Origin: an uncultured Acidobacteriota bacterium
GTDB taxonomy: Bacteria > Acidobacteriota > Thermoanaerobaculia > Multivoradales > JAHEKO01
Reading direction: 5' to 3'
Assembly: GCA_963713825.1 (NCBI GenBank)
Contig: CAVQNG010000005.1
Coordinates: 1 to 64,000, forward strand
DNA: 64,000 nucleotides
The position numbers were made by a program, and so were the translations under genes. Each line of letters starts with the position of its first letter. Positions within the stretch are counted from its first letter, which is position 1. Positions 23,051 through 34,368 of this stretch are shown here, in pieces. The notes beneath the pieces are model-generated. The model was not told where the DNA came from and did not search any database. It was given only the letters and a program-made list of their open reading frames with translations.

Positions 23051-24301
23051 ATGAGAGCCGTCGTTGTCTTGATTGGACTGACGGGGGCTCTGTTGGCCGG
23101 GGCGTCCGGTGCCCAGGCGGCAGATGCCCCTGTGATGTTCGTCAGCTCCGCCTGGGGGTATCCGGATCTGAGTGCGTGGCCGCAAGCGGGCGGAGAGACC
23201 GGAGTAGCCGCGGCCGACGCGATCTGCCAGAGCTTGGCGTCGGATGCGGGCCTCGCCGACGCTGGGACTTTTCACGCCTGGATCTCGGACTCGGCGGGCG
23301 ATGCCTACTGTCGCGTCCTGGGGCTAGCGGGTAAAAAGGTAGACAACTGCGGGCAGGCAGCCCTACCCGATGGTGGCCCCTGGGTACGGACGGACGGATT
23401 TCCGTTCACAGTCAGCCTCCAAGAGCTTACCGACGAGTCGATGGTGCTGGTACCTGCGAACTGGGACGAGAATGGAATCCAGTACCAGTCCAGCGAGACA
23501 GCTGAAGAAACGCTCACCGGCACCGAGGAGGACGGCACCTGGGCGGTCGATCTCGACTGTGATGGCTGGACCCAGAGTGTCAGTGGTACCAAGATCCGCG
23601 GTCGGCGGAGCAAGACTGTGCGCGATTGGGCGTCACAAGGCGATACCTCCTGCTCGAGGCGCGGACGGCTGCTGTGTTTCGAAGCGCCCGTGGCGGTCGA
23701 TCCGCTGCCCGACTTCGAGGAGATCGGCGCTACGGTCTTCGTGACCTCGGTGCGACGTTCCGGCAACCTCGGTACCTGGCCTGAAGCCAACGGCAAGCAG
23801 GGCTTGGCGGCGGGCGATGAGATCTGTAGGACCTTGGCGGAGAATGCCGGGCTCTATGCTCCCGACTCCTACGTCGCCTGGCTGTCGACGACCACGGTCG
23901 ATGCCCGCGACCGTCTGAAGACCGCAGGTCCCTGGAAACGGCTCGACGGTGTTCCGATCGCGGCGGACATCGCAGAGCTCACGGACGGCGACACCTTCAC
24001 CTCGATCAGCCTGACAGAGAAGGGCGACTACGTTCAGGGCGCGGCCTGGACGGGGACCTACTTCACCGGTGTCGCCTTCGATGGCTGGACCTGCGATGAC
24101 TGGAGTGATGAGACCGCCCTCGGCTACCACGGACAGTCCAATGAGACGAGCGTGCATTGGACGACCTATGGGGGTAGCCCGTGTAACCTTAACGTCGGCC
24201 GCCTGTACTGCTTTTCACAGATCCAGGACACGCCCTTCTTCACCGACGGCTTCGAGTCCGGTGACACCTCGGGTTGGTCGGAGTCCGTGCAGTTTTTTTG
24301 A
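23051..24301 (+). CDS. Secreted protein with two DUF1554/endostatin-like domains and FESGD tail
   Basis: Two FVTS..G...G.AA.D.IC..LA...G...AW.S repeats; ends FFTDGFESGDTSGWS. Confidence 0.7.
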   Translation: MRAVVVLIGLTGALLAGASGAQAADAPVMFVSSAWGYPDLSAWPQAGGETGVAAADAICQSLASDAGLADAGTFHAWISDSAGDAYCRVLGLAGKKVDNCGQAALPDGGPWVRTDGFPFTVSLQELTDESMVLVPANWDENGIQYQSSETAEETLTGTEEDGTWAVDLDCDGWTQSVSGTKIRGRRSKTVRDWASQGDTSCSRRGRLLCFEAPVAVDPLPDFEEIGATVFVTSVRRSGNLGTWPEANGKQGLAAGDEICRTLAENAGLYAPDSYVAWLSTTTVDARDRLKTAGPWKRLDGVPIAADIAELTDGDTFTSISLTEKGDYVQGAAWTGTYFTGVAFDGWTCDDWSDETALGYHGQSNETSVHWTTYGGSPCNLNVGRLYCFSQIQDTPFFTDGFESGDTSGWSESVQFF

Positions 24302-24371
24302 ATCCGGCGTCGGGCGGGAGTAGGCTGGAAGGATCTCGACAAAGGCAACAATGCAGAAAGGAGCGTCGAAG

Positions 24372-24698
24372 ATGGCGGGAAGATTCCTCCAGGTGAATTT
24401 CAAGCTCGCTGTCGCCAGGGCCGACTACGAGGAGCTCGCGGCATCCCTCGCGCATGCATTTGCGGATGTGCCCGGTCTGGAGTGGAAGGTCTGGATCCTC
24501 AACGAAGCTGAGAAAGAGGCGGGTGGCTTCTACTATTTCGATGGTGAGGAGTCCCTGCAGCTATTCCTGGCCAGTGAGCTCGCCGCGAATGTCCAGGCCC
24601 ATCCGGCGGTGAGCGAGTTTTCGGCCAAGACCTTCGAAGTCATGGACTCGCCTACGGCTGTGACCCGCGGTCCGGTGGCACTGGCCGTTCCAACCTAG
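24372..24698 (+). CDS. YdhR-family putative monooxygenase
   Basis: VPGLEWKVW..NE...EAGGFYYF; TRGP. Confidence 0.78.
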   Translation: MAGRFLQVNFKLAVARADYEELAASLAHAFADVPGLEWKVWILNEAEKEAGGFYYFDGEESLQLFLASELAANVQAHPAVSEFSAKTFEVMDSPTAVTRGPVALAVPT

Positions 24699-24815
24699 GT
24701 TCACCTGGTGTTTCCCGCCTGCCGGGGTGGGGAGGGCCTACCCGATTTGCGGTTTCGGAGAGCCTCGAGGCCCTGATAAAGAGGAGCTGATCGCTTCAAT
24801 CGGGAGGGCCACGGG

Positions 24816-26411
24816 ATGCTCCACGCGAATCTGTCTGTTCACCGCACTGTGTACGCGACCTCGGTAGCTTTCTTCGTTCTCGCTGCCTGCTTGCTACCTC
24901 AGCAGCTCGATGCCACGCGGTACGTGGCGACCACCGGGTCGGACGCGGCGAATGATTGCTCGAACGGCGGAACGCCGTGCGCCACGATTCAGGTGGCCGT
25001 CGACAATGCAACCGCGGGCGAGGACATCCGTGTCGCAGAAGGCACCTACAGCGGCGCCGAGGTCGTCATCGTCAACCGCTCGGGCACGAACTACAGCTAC
25101 AAGCAGGTGGTGTTCATCGACAAAGCGTTGACGCTACGCGGTGGGTATCACGTCACGGACTGGACGACCTCGGATCCGGAGCTCTACATCACGGAGATCA
25201 ATGCCGAGTCGGATGGTCGTCCGGTGACGATCGTCGACACGTTCGATGAAGTGGTGGTGTTGGACGGTCTACTCTTGACGGATGGAGACTACACGGGCCT
25301 GGGCAATCCGACGGGGCTCGGTTACCACGTCTGTCACTCCGATCCGGAAGAAGACTGCGGTGGTGGGTTGTACGTCTCCAAGAGCGCTCTTCACATGCTC
25401 AATTGTGAGGTGCGAGGCAACGTGGCAAGCACGGTGGGCGGCTTTGGCGGTGGCATCTATCTGTGGCTGCCGAAGACAGTCATCATCGAGAGAAGCCGCG
25501 TGCAAGACAACGCCGCTGCCTACAGCGGCGGAGGTCTGTTCTTGACCGAGAACTCCTCCCCCTTGACGATCCGCGATACGACCTTCCTATCCAACACAGC
25601 GAGCCGAGGAGGTGGCGTGGATCTGGGCACCAGTATCAAGGCCCTGGTTCGCCTCGAAGACACCCAGCTGATCGAGAACATGGCGGCAAGCTCAGACGGT
25701 GGAGGCCTCTACGCCCGACTGGCCCTGGATGGGCTGCTTCTCGAGCTCGAGCGGGTCCTGGTCGACGACAACAAGGCCTGGGGACAGGGCAAAGGCGTGT
25801 ATCTGGATGCCGCCGGACCGGTGTCACCCGAGGCCAGCTTGATGAACGTCATGTTCAGTGCCAACAACGAGGTGGATGGAGCGCCGACGGCGACGGAGGA
25901 TGCCGTGCTGGCGATCGCGCCGCGCTTCACCAGCCTGACTGTGACGATGGCGCACATTACAGCAGCGCCCAATCAGGCGCCTACGTTTCTCTATGCGAAG
26001 CCGGACGACAATCCGGGCAGGACGCTGGATATCACAGCAGCGAACATCCTGCTTTCAGGGTTTCAGAACGGTTTTGCGGCCGAGGAGGTGGGTGACGGGC
26101 AACTCACGATCGAGCACACGAACACCCTGCTCTACAACGTTATGAATCAGCACTTGATTGTCGCCGGAGCGCCGACGCTCACCTCCGTCGATCCCGTGAT
26201 CGGGGATCCAATGCTGGATGTCAACAATTGTCTGCAAACCGGGTCGGCCGCGATCGATACCGGTGTCGACGTCGGAGTTACCCACGACATCGACCATGGC
26301 GGGCGGCCTTTCGGCACAGCCTACGATATCGGCGCCGACGAGTTCGGCGCGATCTTCGCCGACGGGTTCGAATCGAGCGACGCCACCGCCTGGTCGAGCA
26401 CCGTTCAGTAA
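24816..26411 (+). CDS. Secreted right-handed beta-helix protein with choice-of-anchor Q-like end and FESGD-like tail
   Basis: YVATTGSD..PCATIQ.A; repeated GGG(L/I)Y...N.A; GSAAID.G, DIGADE; IFADGFESSDATAWS. Confidence 0.75.
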   Translation: MLHANLSVHRTVYATSVAFFVLAACLLPQQLDATRYVATTGSDAANDCSNGGTPCATIQVAVDNATAGEDIRVAEGTYSGAEVVIVNRSGTNYSYKQVVFIDKALTLRGGYHVTDWTTSDPELYITEINAESDGRPVTIVDTFDEVVVLDGLLLTDGDYTGLGNPTGLGYHVCHSDPEEDCGGGLYVSKSALHMLNCEVRGNVASTVGGFGGGIYLWLPKTVIIERSRVQDNAAAYSGGGLFLTENSSPLTIRDTTFLSNTASRGGGVDLGTSIKALVRLEDTQLIENMAASSDGGGLYARLALDGLLLELERVLVDDNKAWGQGKGVYLDAAGPVSPEASLMNVMFSANNEVDGAPTATEDAVLAIAPRFTSLTVTMAHITAAPNQAPTFLYAKPDDNPGRTLDITAANILLSGFQNGFAAEEVGDGQLTIEHTNTLLYNVMNQHLIVAGAPTLTSVDPVIGDPMLDVNNCLQTGSAAIDTGVDVGVTHDIDHGGRPFGTAYDIGADEFGAIFADGFESSDATAWSSTVQ

Positions 26412-26441
26412 GAGGCAGGAAGAGGCCCACACCTGTTTCAA

Positions 26442-28058
26442 TCACGAGGCGGATCGGGCGGCTTCGGCACCCTTGGCAATGGTCTCTCGAAGGTCGCGTC
26501 GCAAGACGGCTGAGGCAGCGAACATGCCGCCGTAGAGGGCTCCTGCCACGCCGGCTGTAGAGGCGTCCGAGCCGGTGAGATAGAGCCCTGGTACTGAGGT
26601 TCTAGGCTTGAGGGAGCGCTCGGCAAACCGTTCCGGAGTCGCTGCCAAACCGTAGATCTCGCCCTCGGGGTACCCCGCGAAATGCCGCGTCGATAGGGGA
26701 GTCGAAAGCTCCGCATGGTCGATCTTGCCCTTGACCTGCGGGCAGTGCTCGTACAGCGGTTCGAGAAGCCTGTCGGTGAGCCTCGCCTTGAGCTCCTCGT
26801 ACTCCTCGCCGCGCTTTTTCCAAGGCAAGTCTTCCCAACGCTGGAACCATTCATACGGAGCCAGGGTCACGACCTCGATGGTGGCACGCCCTGGGCACCG
26901 CCTTTCGAAATCCGGATCCTTGGCCGACGGGAAGGAGATGTAGGCGACGGGTAGCGGTGCGTTTGGGTCGGCCAGGAAGAGCTCGACGTTGCGGTCGTGA
27001 TCGTGATGCGGGTAGATCCAGAGGTTGGTCTTGCCCAGACCCAGATCGGAGGCAGTCTCCTCGAGCCCGACATACAGGGACAGGTGGCTCGTCGAAGGCT
27101 CGCGGCGTTCCGCCACCTGTGCCAGGCCGAGTCTCGAGGCCAATTGCGCTGGCAGTAGCCGGCAAAAGGTGTTGGAGAATCCGGCGTTACTGATGATGGC
27201 CGGAGCGCGGAGCTCGGCGCCATCGGACAGCCTGATCCCGACCGCACGCCCCTCCTCGATGAGGATCTCGCTGACTTCGGCACTGGTGACGATGGCGCCG
27301 CCTGCAGCCTCGATAACGGGCTCGATCGTAGCGGCGATGCGTGAAGATCCGCCCACCGGATAGGCGGCACCCTTCAGGTAGTGCCCGGCGATCAGGGCGT
27401 GCATGAAGAAGCTGCTTTGCGAGGGCGGTAGTCCGTGGTCACCCCACTGCCCGGTGAGCACACCGATGAGCTGCTGGTTACGAGTGAGCTCCTCGAGGGT
27501 GTCGCGTGTAGTCCTCCGCGCCCGGCGCATCAGGGGGCGGCGCATCAGGCCTCCTGCCAAGTTTGCCACGAGGGGCGGCACGGTCTTCTCGGCGAAGAAG
27601 AGTCCAGCGCGGCGAAACGTCGAGCGGAGCAGGTCGAGGTAGCCGTCGATGGCCTCGCGCTCAGCGGGGAAGTACCCGTGCATGCGAGCGCGCCACTCCT
27701 CACGACCTTTGACGAAGTCGTAGGCGTCTTCGCCAATGATGATCCTGTCGTAGACCTCGCCCATGTCTGCCCATTCGAGCTGCGCGTCGGTCAGGTCGTC
27801 GAAGGCCTGCCGGATGGGCGAGTCGGGATCCATGACCTGACCGATGTAGTGGACCCCGACATCCCACTCGTATCCCGGCCGGCGAAACGTGTGAGTGAAG
27901 CCGCCGGCGGTGTAGTGCCGCTCCAGAACCAGGACGCGCTTGCCACCGTGTTTTGCGAGCAGGCCAGCTGTAGCCAGGCCGCCCATTCCCGATCCGATGA
28001 CAATGGCGTCATAGTCGGTGCCGATGTCGGCATGTTTACAGGACGTTCCGACCTTCAT
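26442..28058 (-). CDS. Phytoene desaturase / retinol saturase-like FAD oxidoreductase
   Basis: IGSGMGGL, ERH..AGG, DVGVHY, YPVGG, STPLS, GEIYGL; AGGAG RBS. Confidence 0.88.
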   Translation of the reverse strand: MKVGTSCKHADIGTDYDAIVIGSGMGGLATAGLLAKHGGKRVLVLERHYTAGGFTHTFRRPGYEWDVGVHYIGQVMDPDSPIRQAFDDLTDAQLEWADMGEVYDRIIIGEDAYDFVKGREEWRARMHGYFPAEREAIDGYLDLLRSTFRRAGLFFAEKTVPPLVANLAGGLMRRPLMRRARRTTRDTLEELTRNQQLIGVLTGQWGDHGLPPSQSSFFMHALIAGHYLKGAAYPVGGSSRIAATIEPVIEAAGGAIVTSAEVSEILIEEGRAVGIRLSDGAELRAPAIISNAGFSNTFCRLLPAQLASRLGLAQVAERREPSTSHLSLYVGLEETASDLGLGKTNLWIYPHHDHDRNVELFLADPNAPLPVAYISFPSAKDPDFERRCPGRATIEVVTLAPYEWFQRWEDLPWKKRGEEYEELKARLTDRLLEPLYEHCPQVKGKIDHAELSTPLSTRHFAGYPEGEIYGLAATPERFAERSLKPRTSVPGLYLTGSDASTAGVAGALYGGMFAASAVLRRDLRETIAKGAEAARSAS

Positions 28059-28254
28059 GATCTCGCTCCTTTTGCAGTCCTGGTTTGCTGACAGGGATGC
28101 TAGCAGTCCAAGGAGGCCTGAGCTCCTGCAACGATCGCGAATCTCGTGGTAACTTTCGGCCAGCACTCGGCATTGAGCAGCGCAGACTTCGTCGATCCTC
28201 GACTTGGATCACGAGGTGGAAGAGACGACGAAGGAGTGGCCTGGAGGAGACACC

Positions 28255-29328
28255 ATGAAGCGAAGCATGCCGATCAGCACCCTTGCGATGGGACTCATTC
28301 TTCTCGTTTGTGGGGTATCTCCGGGGGACGCCTACCTCCTCGAGAACTTCGAGTTCCTCAACGATCTCTCGACATGGACCCCCGGAAGCGGTGCCTGGAC
28401 TCACGAACCTGCGCAGGGCTTTCTTGGCCTCGGCGCCGCCAAAGTCACCTCCGTTGCGGGGGCCAATTCACTGAGCCAGTGCGCGGACTTGAAGGGGCTG
28501 GCCACAGGGGAGGCCCTTCGCTTGTTGGCCTTCGCGCTCACCGAAAACCACACCAATCCGGTACAGATCAGCCTGGAGGTCTTTACGACCACGGACTGCA
28601 CCGGTGGAGCCGTCGAGACCTATCACCGCCAGGTCGATGCCCCGGTGATGGGCAGTTGGACCCAATTGAACGTGGTCAACAGTCTGCCCGCCGGCAGTGT
28701 CTTTAGCGTGCGGGCCTGGGTGACAGCTCACGCCTCGAGCGCCGGTGAGATCACGTTATTCGACTTCGTCTCGGTTACCGACAATCTCGCCCCGAACCCT
28801 GACTTCACCGACAACCTGGACGGCTGGGCCGACAGCGGATTCACCTGGTCTCACGAGCCCACTGACGGAAATGGCACGCCTGCCGGGTCGGCGGAGGTCG
28901 TCGTGGACGTCGCGGATTGCGGCGCGGGCAACTCCTGCGCCTTTCTTTCACAGTGCGTGAATCGCGACACGGCGCCTCGAACACCCTACTATTTTGGCAG
29001 CGCAGAGTTCAAAGCACTGGATGTGGCAGAACCGTACGTGATCTCCTTCCTCCTTTACTCGGAGGCCGGTTGCGCGGGCACCCTCGTCTCTCAGGTAGAT
29101 GTGAACGCCGCTGTTCAGCAAGTCGGTGTGTGGCAACGCTTCTCGACTAGTATCACCGTTGCCGAGGAGGTCGAGAGTTTTGCCATCTTTGTCGGCACCA
29201 ACGACAGCACGCTCGGCAGTCGATTCAGAGTCGACACAGTATTCCTGGTGCCGTCGTCCCGCAACGAAGTGTTCTTCGATGGCCTCGAGCTCGGCGACAC
29301 CTCGGCCTGGTCGAGTACCGTGCCGTAG
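28255..29328 (+). CDS. Secreted protein with two carbohydrate-binding-like repeats and FESGD-like tail
   Basis: Two N.DF...L.GW...W.HEP repeats with LSQC and C.G; ends VFFDGLELGDTSAWS. Confidence 0.65.
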   Translation: MKRSMPISTLAMGLILLVCGVSPGDAYLLENFEFLNDLSTWTPGSGAWTHEPAQGFLGLGAAKVTSVAGANSLSQCADLKGLATGEALRLLAFALTENHTNPVQISLEVFTTTDCTGGAVETYHRQVDAPVMGSWTQLNVVNSLPAGSVFSVRAWVTAHASSAGEITLFDFVSVTDNLAPNPDFTDNLDGWADSGFTWSHEPTDGNGTPAGSAEVVVDVADCGAGNSCAFLSQCVNRDTAPRTPYYFGSAEFKALDVAEPYVISFLLYSEAGCAGTLVSQVDVNAAVQQVGVWQRFSTSITVAEEVESFAIFVGTNDSTLGSRFRVDTVFLVPSSRNEVFFDGLELGDTSAWSSTVP

Positions 29329-29352
29329 AGGTGGCCGCCGAACTGGCTCCGA

Positions 29353-29796
29353 CTAGGGTATTGAGAAGGCCTGCCTGGCAATGAGTGCCAAGGCAAAACA
29401 GGCGACGATGTAGGTGAAGTTGATCCCGGCTCGGGCGGGCCAGGGGAGGCCTGAGAAATCGAACCCCGCCCAACGCCCGACGAGCACTCCCACGCCGAAG
29501 AAGAAGAACATCGTCGTGCAGAAGAACCCCATCGATCCCCGGACGGCCATTGCGGCCAGGTCATGCAAGGTGCCGCAGATCACGAACGTCAGGACCAGCG
29601 CCACAGACCGGGGCACGATGCGTCGCAACGGCGAGTCGACATACTTTGCCAGGTAGTACCCGAAGATCGGATTCCAGTACTGCCAGAAGCCAGCGAAGGA
29701 ACCGGCTCCGAACGACCGGTGGAGCATGTTGCGGAGAGCTCCGGAAGCGCCGAGCGGAACTCCGTTGCGTCTCTCGATGTACTGGGCGAGAGTCAA
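29353..29796 (-). CDS. Short MBOAT-like membrane protein
   Basis: SFAGFW.YWN and G.LH motifs, hydrophobic helices. Confidence 0.65.
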   Translation of the reverse strand: MTLAQYIERRNGVPLGASGALRNMLHRSFGAGSFAGFWQYWNPIFGYYLAKYVDSPLRRIVPRSVALVLTFVICGTLHDLAAMAVRGSMGFFCTTMFFFFGVGVLVGRWAGFDFSGLPWPARAGINFTYIVACFALALIARQAFSIP

Positions 29797-29943
29797 TCGT
29801 TGCCGGTCTCGTGCTTCTCCGTGATCCTGTAGCGGCCCAACGTCTGGCCGATCATCTCTTCACTCAAGGTTTTTCGATCCTACGTCCGAGAAGGCTGCGA
29901 CGCAACTTCGGTGCTAGCATGAAACCAAAGAGGCAGACGGGGA

Positions 29944-32588
29944 ATGATAGACCTTGTAGGTCGCACGCTGGGTCACTACCGCATCGTCGAACAGATTGGT
30001 GCTGGCGGCATGGGCGTCGTCTATCGGGCTCACGACGAACGCCTCGACCGCGACGTCGCAGTCAAAGTTCTTCGCCGTAGGAGGTCGCTTCCGACCCAGA
30101 GCGCCTGTCCCGGTTCGAGCGTGAGGCAAAAGCCGTAGCCAAGCTCGAGCACCCGAACATTCTGGCCATCCATGACTTCGGTACGGAGGACGGAATTGCC
30201 TATGCAGTGATGGAACTGCTGGAAGGGGAATCGCTGCGTGAGGTGATCTCTCGAGAAGGGCTTTCGACCTCCAAGGCCGTGGAGTATGCGCGGGCCATTG
30301 CAGACGGCCTGTCCGCGGCCCACGAGAAGGGAATCGTCCACCGCGATCTGAAGCCAGAGAACGTCTTTTTGACTCGCGACGGCCGCATCAAGATTCTCGA
30401 CTTCGGCCTCGCCAAGCTGGCTCTTCCGGAACAGGATCTCGCCACTGCGACTCCGACGGCCACTCTCGAGACTCAGGCAGGAAGTCTCCTCGGAACGGTG
30501 GCCTACATGGCACCCGAACAGGTGCAGGGTCTGCCAGCCAACGAGCGCTCGGACATCTTCGCCTTCGGTGTCGTTCTGTACGAGATGCTCACCGGGCATC
30601 GCCCGTTCGGCGGCTCGAACTCGCTCGAGACCGCGGCTGCCATCCTCAAGGAGGATCCGGAGCCGATCTCCACGGTCAGCACGGGCGTGCCGCCGGCACT
30701 TGGAAGTGTGGTGGGTCAGTGCCTCGAAAAGCGACCCGAGGACCGGTTCTCATCGGCTCGCGACCTGTCACTGACGCTCGGTGCAGTCGGGTCGAAGGCC
30801 TCGGTACCAACGACCCCCCGGAGAGCATCGATGCGCTGGCACTGGCCGGTGATCGTGGTGGTGGCAGTTGCCGCTCTGATCGCCTTTCTGTTCGTGCCGT
30901 TTCCACGCGGTGAGCGATCGGTCGATCGGCCCGAAGAAGGCACACCGCCCCGCATCGTGATCCTGCCGTTCGAGAACCTCGGGGCGGCGGAGGACGAGTT
31001 CTTCGCAGATGGCATCACCGAGGAGATCACCGCCCGACTCGCTTCGATGGAGGGCCTTCGGGTTATCTCTCGGACGAGTGCCGTCAAGTACGCGGATACC
31101 AACAAGTCGATCCAGGAGATGGGCGACGAGTTGGGTGTCGGCTACGTTCTGGAGGGAACCGTGCAGTGGGCTCGCGGCGGTGATGTGGGCCGGATTCGAA
31201 TCACACCACAGCTCATTCGGGTGGAGGACGACACGAGTCTCTGGGCCGAGACCTACGATCGGGTCCTCGACGACGTCTTCGAGGTCCAGTCGGAGATCGC
31301 CAAGAGGGTCACCGATCAGCTCGGCGTGGCCCTTGGCGGATCGGAGCTCGCCGCCGTCGAGCTGCAGCCGACCGACAATGTCGACGCCTACCAGGCCTAT
31401 CTCCAGGGCCGCTACTACGCGACGCGACCCCACTTCACGTACGAGAACTGGAGTCATGCGATGGAGGCCTACCAACGGGCGGTGGAGCTCGACCCCGAAT
31501 TCGCGCTCGCGCACGCAAAGCTCGCCAAAGGCCATGCGCAGGCGCATTACTTTCGTCACGATTTGACGCCGGAGCGACTCGAGGCTGCAGACGCTGCCGC
31601 CGCCAAAGCCCTCGCGTTGGCACCCGATTCGCCCCGCGTGCGCCTCGATCTTGGGTACTACTACTTGTGGGCCTACCGCGACCGCGAGAGGGCCTTGGAG
31701 GAGTTCGAGCTGGCCGAGGCGGGCCTGCCCGACAACGCAGAGAACCTCGGTGCGAAGGCTGGCCTCTTCGAGGTCGAGGGACGTTGGAACGAAGCCCTGG
31801 ACGCCTACGAGAGGGCCTTCGAGCTGAGTCCGCGAGACGCGGGCATGATCGTCCAGGCCGCGGGCGCGCTGTGGATGCTGCGCCGTTATCCGGAAGCCGT
31901 CGTGGCTGCCGACCAGGCCATCAGCCTGGCGCCGGACGCCATGTGGCCGTATCTCTACAAAGCACTGATTCTCTGGAGCTGGAAAGGATCTGCCGAGCAG
32001 ACGCGTTCGGTTGTCGAGGCGTTGCCCGATACTTCCCGCGACTGGGGCCATTGGGCCTGGTACTGGCAGGACGTTTTCGAAGGAGAATACAGCGCCGCAC
32101 TCGTCGGTCTCGAGACAAGCACCGACGAATGGATCCGGATCAAGATGGTGGCCCGGCCCAATGCCCTGTTCATGGCCCAGGCCTACCACTGGCTCGGGGA
32201 GGTGGAGAAGGCGTCTTCAGCGTACGAGAAATCGAGGCGGCTCCTGGAGCCCGAGGTGGAGGCCTCACCCGGAGATCCACGGCTTCGTAGCTCTTTGGGG
32301 TTGGCCTACGCGGCGCTTGGACGCAAAGAGGACGCCATCCGCGAGGGACTCCGCGCAACCGAGTTGCTGACCCAGGAAGAAGACGGTTTCTACTACCTCC
32401 CGTACGCGATGGATCTAGCGCACATCTACACGATCCTCGGTGAGGACGACCTGGCCCTCGACCAGATCGAGAACCTGCTCACCAACCCTTCGTGGTTGTC
32501 CCCCGCGTGGCTGCAGATGGACCCGCGCTGGGCGCCCTTGAGGGACCTACCGCGCTACCAGGCGTTGATCGAAAAGCACGCGACCTAG
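29944..32588 (+). CDS. Membrane Ser/Thr kinase with TolB_N+TPR; frame disrupted at ~30074-30078 (pseudogene or read error)
   Basis: GAGGMG/VAVK in the first frame, [14 protein letters not shown] in the second; removing G30074 and T30078 restores [13 protein letters not shown]. Confidence 0.85.
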
Positions 32589-32626
32589 GCCTTGAGGGTC
32601 GAGGTGGGCCTGGGCGGATTCTCGAA

Positions 32627-32709
32627 GGAGGTCCGTCCTGGAGGACCCCAGGGGGCTTTCCTCCCTTCCGCTGCAAGAACCCCCTGGAGTCCTCCAGGAA
32701 CGAACCCCC
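32627..32709. repeat. Long intergenic inverted repeat (MITE-like or terminator)
   Basis: Arms TCCTGGAGGACCCCAGGGGG (32636-32655) and CCCCCTGGAGTCCTCCAGGA (32680-32699), one mismatch. Confidence 0.7.
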
Positions 32710-32785
32710 AAGACCTGTTGCTGCCGACAATCGCGAGGAACATCGGGTAGGGGCTGACCCAACTCACCCTGATATCTTGCAGCCG

Positions 32786-34021
32786 ATGCCTCACCGCGAG
32801 CCTGGGAGCAAGGCGCTGCTGTTCATCCTGGTCACCGTGTTGATCGACACGATGGGCATGGGCGTGATCATTCCGGTGATCCCAGAGCTGATCATGGAGC
32901 TCACTGGCGAGGGTCTGAGTCGGGCCGCGGTCTACGGTGGATGGCTCGGCTTCGTCTACGCCGGCTTGCAGTTCGTGTTCGCCCCGATTCTGGGCAATCT
33001 GAGTGATCGGTTCGGACGTCGCCCAGTCATTCTGTACGCGTTGGGCTCGCTCGGCATCGACTACATCGTCATGGGGTTGGCGCCAACGATCCGGTGGTTG
33101 TTCATCGGACGTGCCATCGCCGGCATCGCTGGGGCCTCGTTCACGCCGGCGCACGCCTACATCGCGGACGTGACTTCTCCGGAGAAGCGGGCCCAGAGTT
33201 TCGGCATGATGGGGGCGGCCTTCGGAGCCGGCTTCATCCTCGGCCCGGCGCTGGGTGGGTTGCTCGGTGAGCTCGGCCCCAGGGCGCCGTTCTTCGCTGC
33301 CGCAGCTCTGAGTCTGGTCAACGTCATCTACGGCTTCTTCGTTCTCCCCGAAAGCCTCGAGCCCGAGCGGCGCAGGCCCTTCGATTGGCGGCGCGCCAAT
33401 CCGGTCGGGGCACTGCTCCAAATTCGTCAGCACCCCCTGGTCTTGGGTCTCTTGGCGTCTTTGTTTCTCTGGCAGGTGGCGCACCAAGCCATGACGAGCA
33501 CCTGGTCGTTTTACACGATGTACAAGTTCGGCTGGACCGAAGCGATGGTGGGTGGCTCGCTCGCCTTCGTGGGGGCCATCATGGTGATGGGGCAGAGCAC
33601 GCTGCCGAGAGTCCTCATTCCGAGCCTGGGCGAGCGGCGTACGGCGCTGATCGGTTTCGTCGCGGGCGGCACCGGCTATCTCGGCTATGCCTTCGCCACT
33701 CGAGGCTGGATGATGTTCGCTTGGCTTCTCACCTGGCTACTGGGCGCCCTCGTGATGCCATCTATTCAGTCGCTGATGTCCCATCGTGTCGCTGCCGACG
33801 CCCAGGGCGAGCTGCAGGGCGCCGTTGGAAGCCTGTACGGTTTGAGCTCCTTCATTGCGCCACCGGTGATGACGCAGCTCTTCCGTCGCTTTTCGGCCGA
33901 CGATGCACCGATTCACTTTCCAGGCGCCGCCTTCGTCCTGGCAGCGATTCTCGTCGCGGCCAGCATGACCCTCCTCTTGAACGCCACTCGTCAGTCACCT
34001 GAATCGGCTGGCGCCCCCTGA
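32786..34021 (+). CDS. MFS drug:H+ antiporter, TCR/Tet (DHA1) family
   Basis: [10 protein letters not shown] motif A, GF.LGP.LGG motif C, QGELQG. Confidence 0.88.
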   Translation: MPHREPGSKALLFILVTVLIDTMGMGVIIPVIPELIMELTGEGLSRAAVYGGWLGFVYAGLQFVFAPILGNLSDRFGRRPVILYALGSLGIDYIVMGLAPTIRWLFIGRAIAGIAGASFTPAHAYIADVTSPEKRAQSFGMMGAAFGAGFILGPALGGLLGELGPRAPFFAAAALSLVNVIYGFFVLPESLEPERRRPFDWRRANPVGALLQIRQHPLVLGLLASLFLWQVAHQAMTSTWSFYTMYKFGWTEAMVGGSLAFVGAIMVMGQSTLPRVLIPSLGERRTALIGFVAGGTGYLGYAFATRGWMMFAWLLTWLLGALVMPSIQSLMSHRVAADAQGELQGAVGSLYGLSSFIAPPVMTQLFRRFSADDAPIHFPGAAFVLAAILVAASMTLLLNATRQSPESAGAP

Positions 34022-34097
34022 AAAGTGGCTGGCACCTGGTTTGAAGCGAGGTCGTCGGCTCGGAATGCGTCTGGTTGACTGGAGGCATTTCAATGTT

Positions 34098-34119
34098 TAG
34101 ACTAGTCGTAGACTAGTCG
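34098..34119. promoter_or_regulatory. Putative Phd operator: 2x TAGACTAGTCG containing palindrome GACTAGTC
   Basis: Exact tandem 11-mer ending 12 nt upstream of the antitoxin start. Confidence 0.6.
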
Positions 34120-34131
34120 GAGACGGGATTG

Positions 34132-34368
34132 ATGAGCGAAGTCGGCGCCTACGAAGCGAAGACGCACCTACCGAAGCTCTTGGAGCGGGTGAGGCAAGGG
34201 GAGCGGATCACAATTACGCGGCATGGAGTTCCTGTAGCGCACCTCGTGCCGGTTTCGGGCTCCCAGAGCGAGCCTGTCGCTCGGATCATCCAGGAGCTGC
34301 GCGAGTTTCGACGTGGTAGGCACCTTGGCGGCGCAGTCAAGGAGTTGATCGAGGAGGGCCGATCGTGA
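34132..34368 (+). CDS. Phd/YefM-family antitoxin
   Basis: VGAYEAKTHL..LL.RV..GE.ITITRHG.PVA.LVP. Confidence 0.9.
   Translation: MSEVGAYEAKTHLPKLLERVRQGERITITRHGVPVAHLVPVSGSQSEPVARIIQELREFRRGRHLGGAVKELIEEGRS

Noticed and set aside
30061-30090. Programmed frameshift in kinase 29944-32588
   Set aside because: No slippery run; two isolated single-base insertions explain it, more typical of sequencing error or decay
32786-34021. Calling the MFS pump a tetracycline-resistance gene (tetA)
   Set aside because: Family motifs only; no tetR and no substrate evidence
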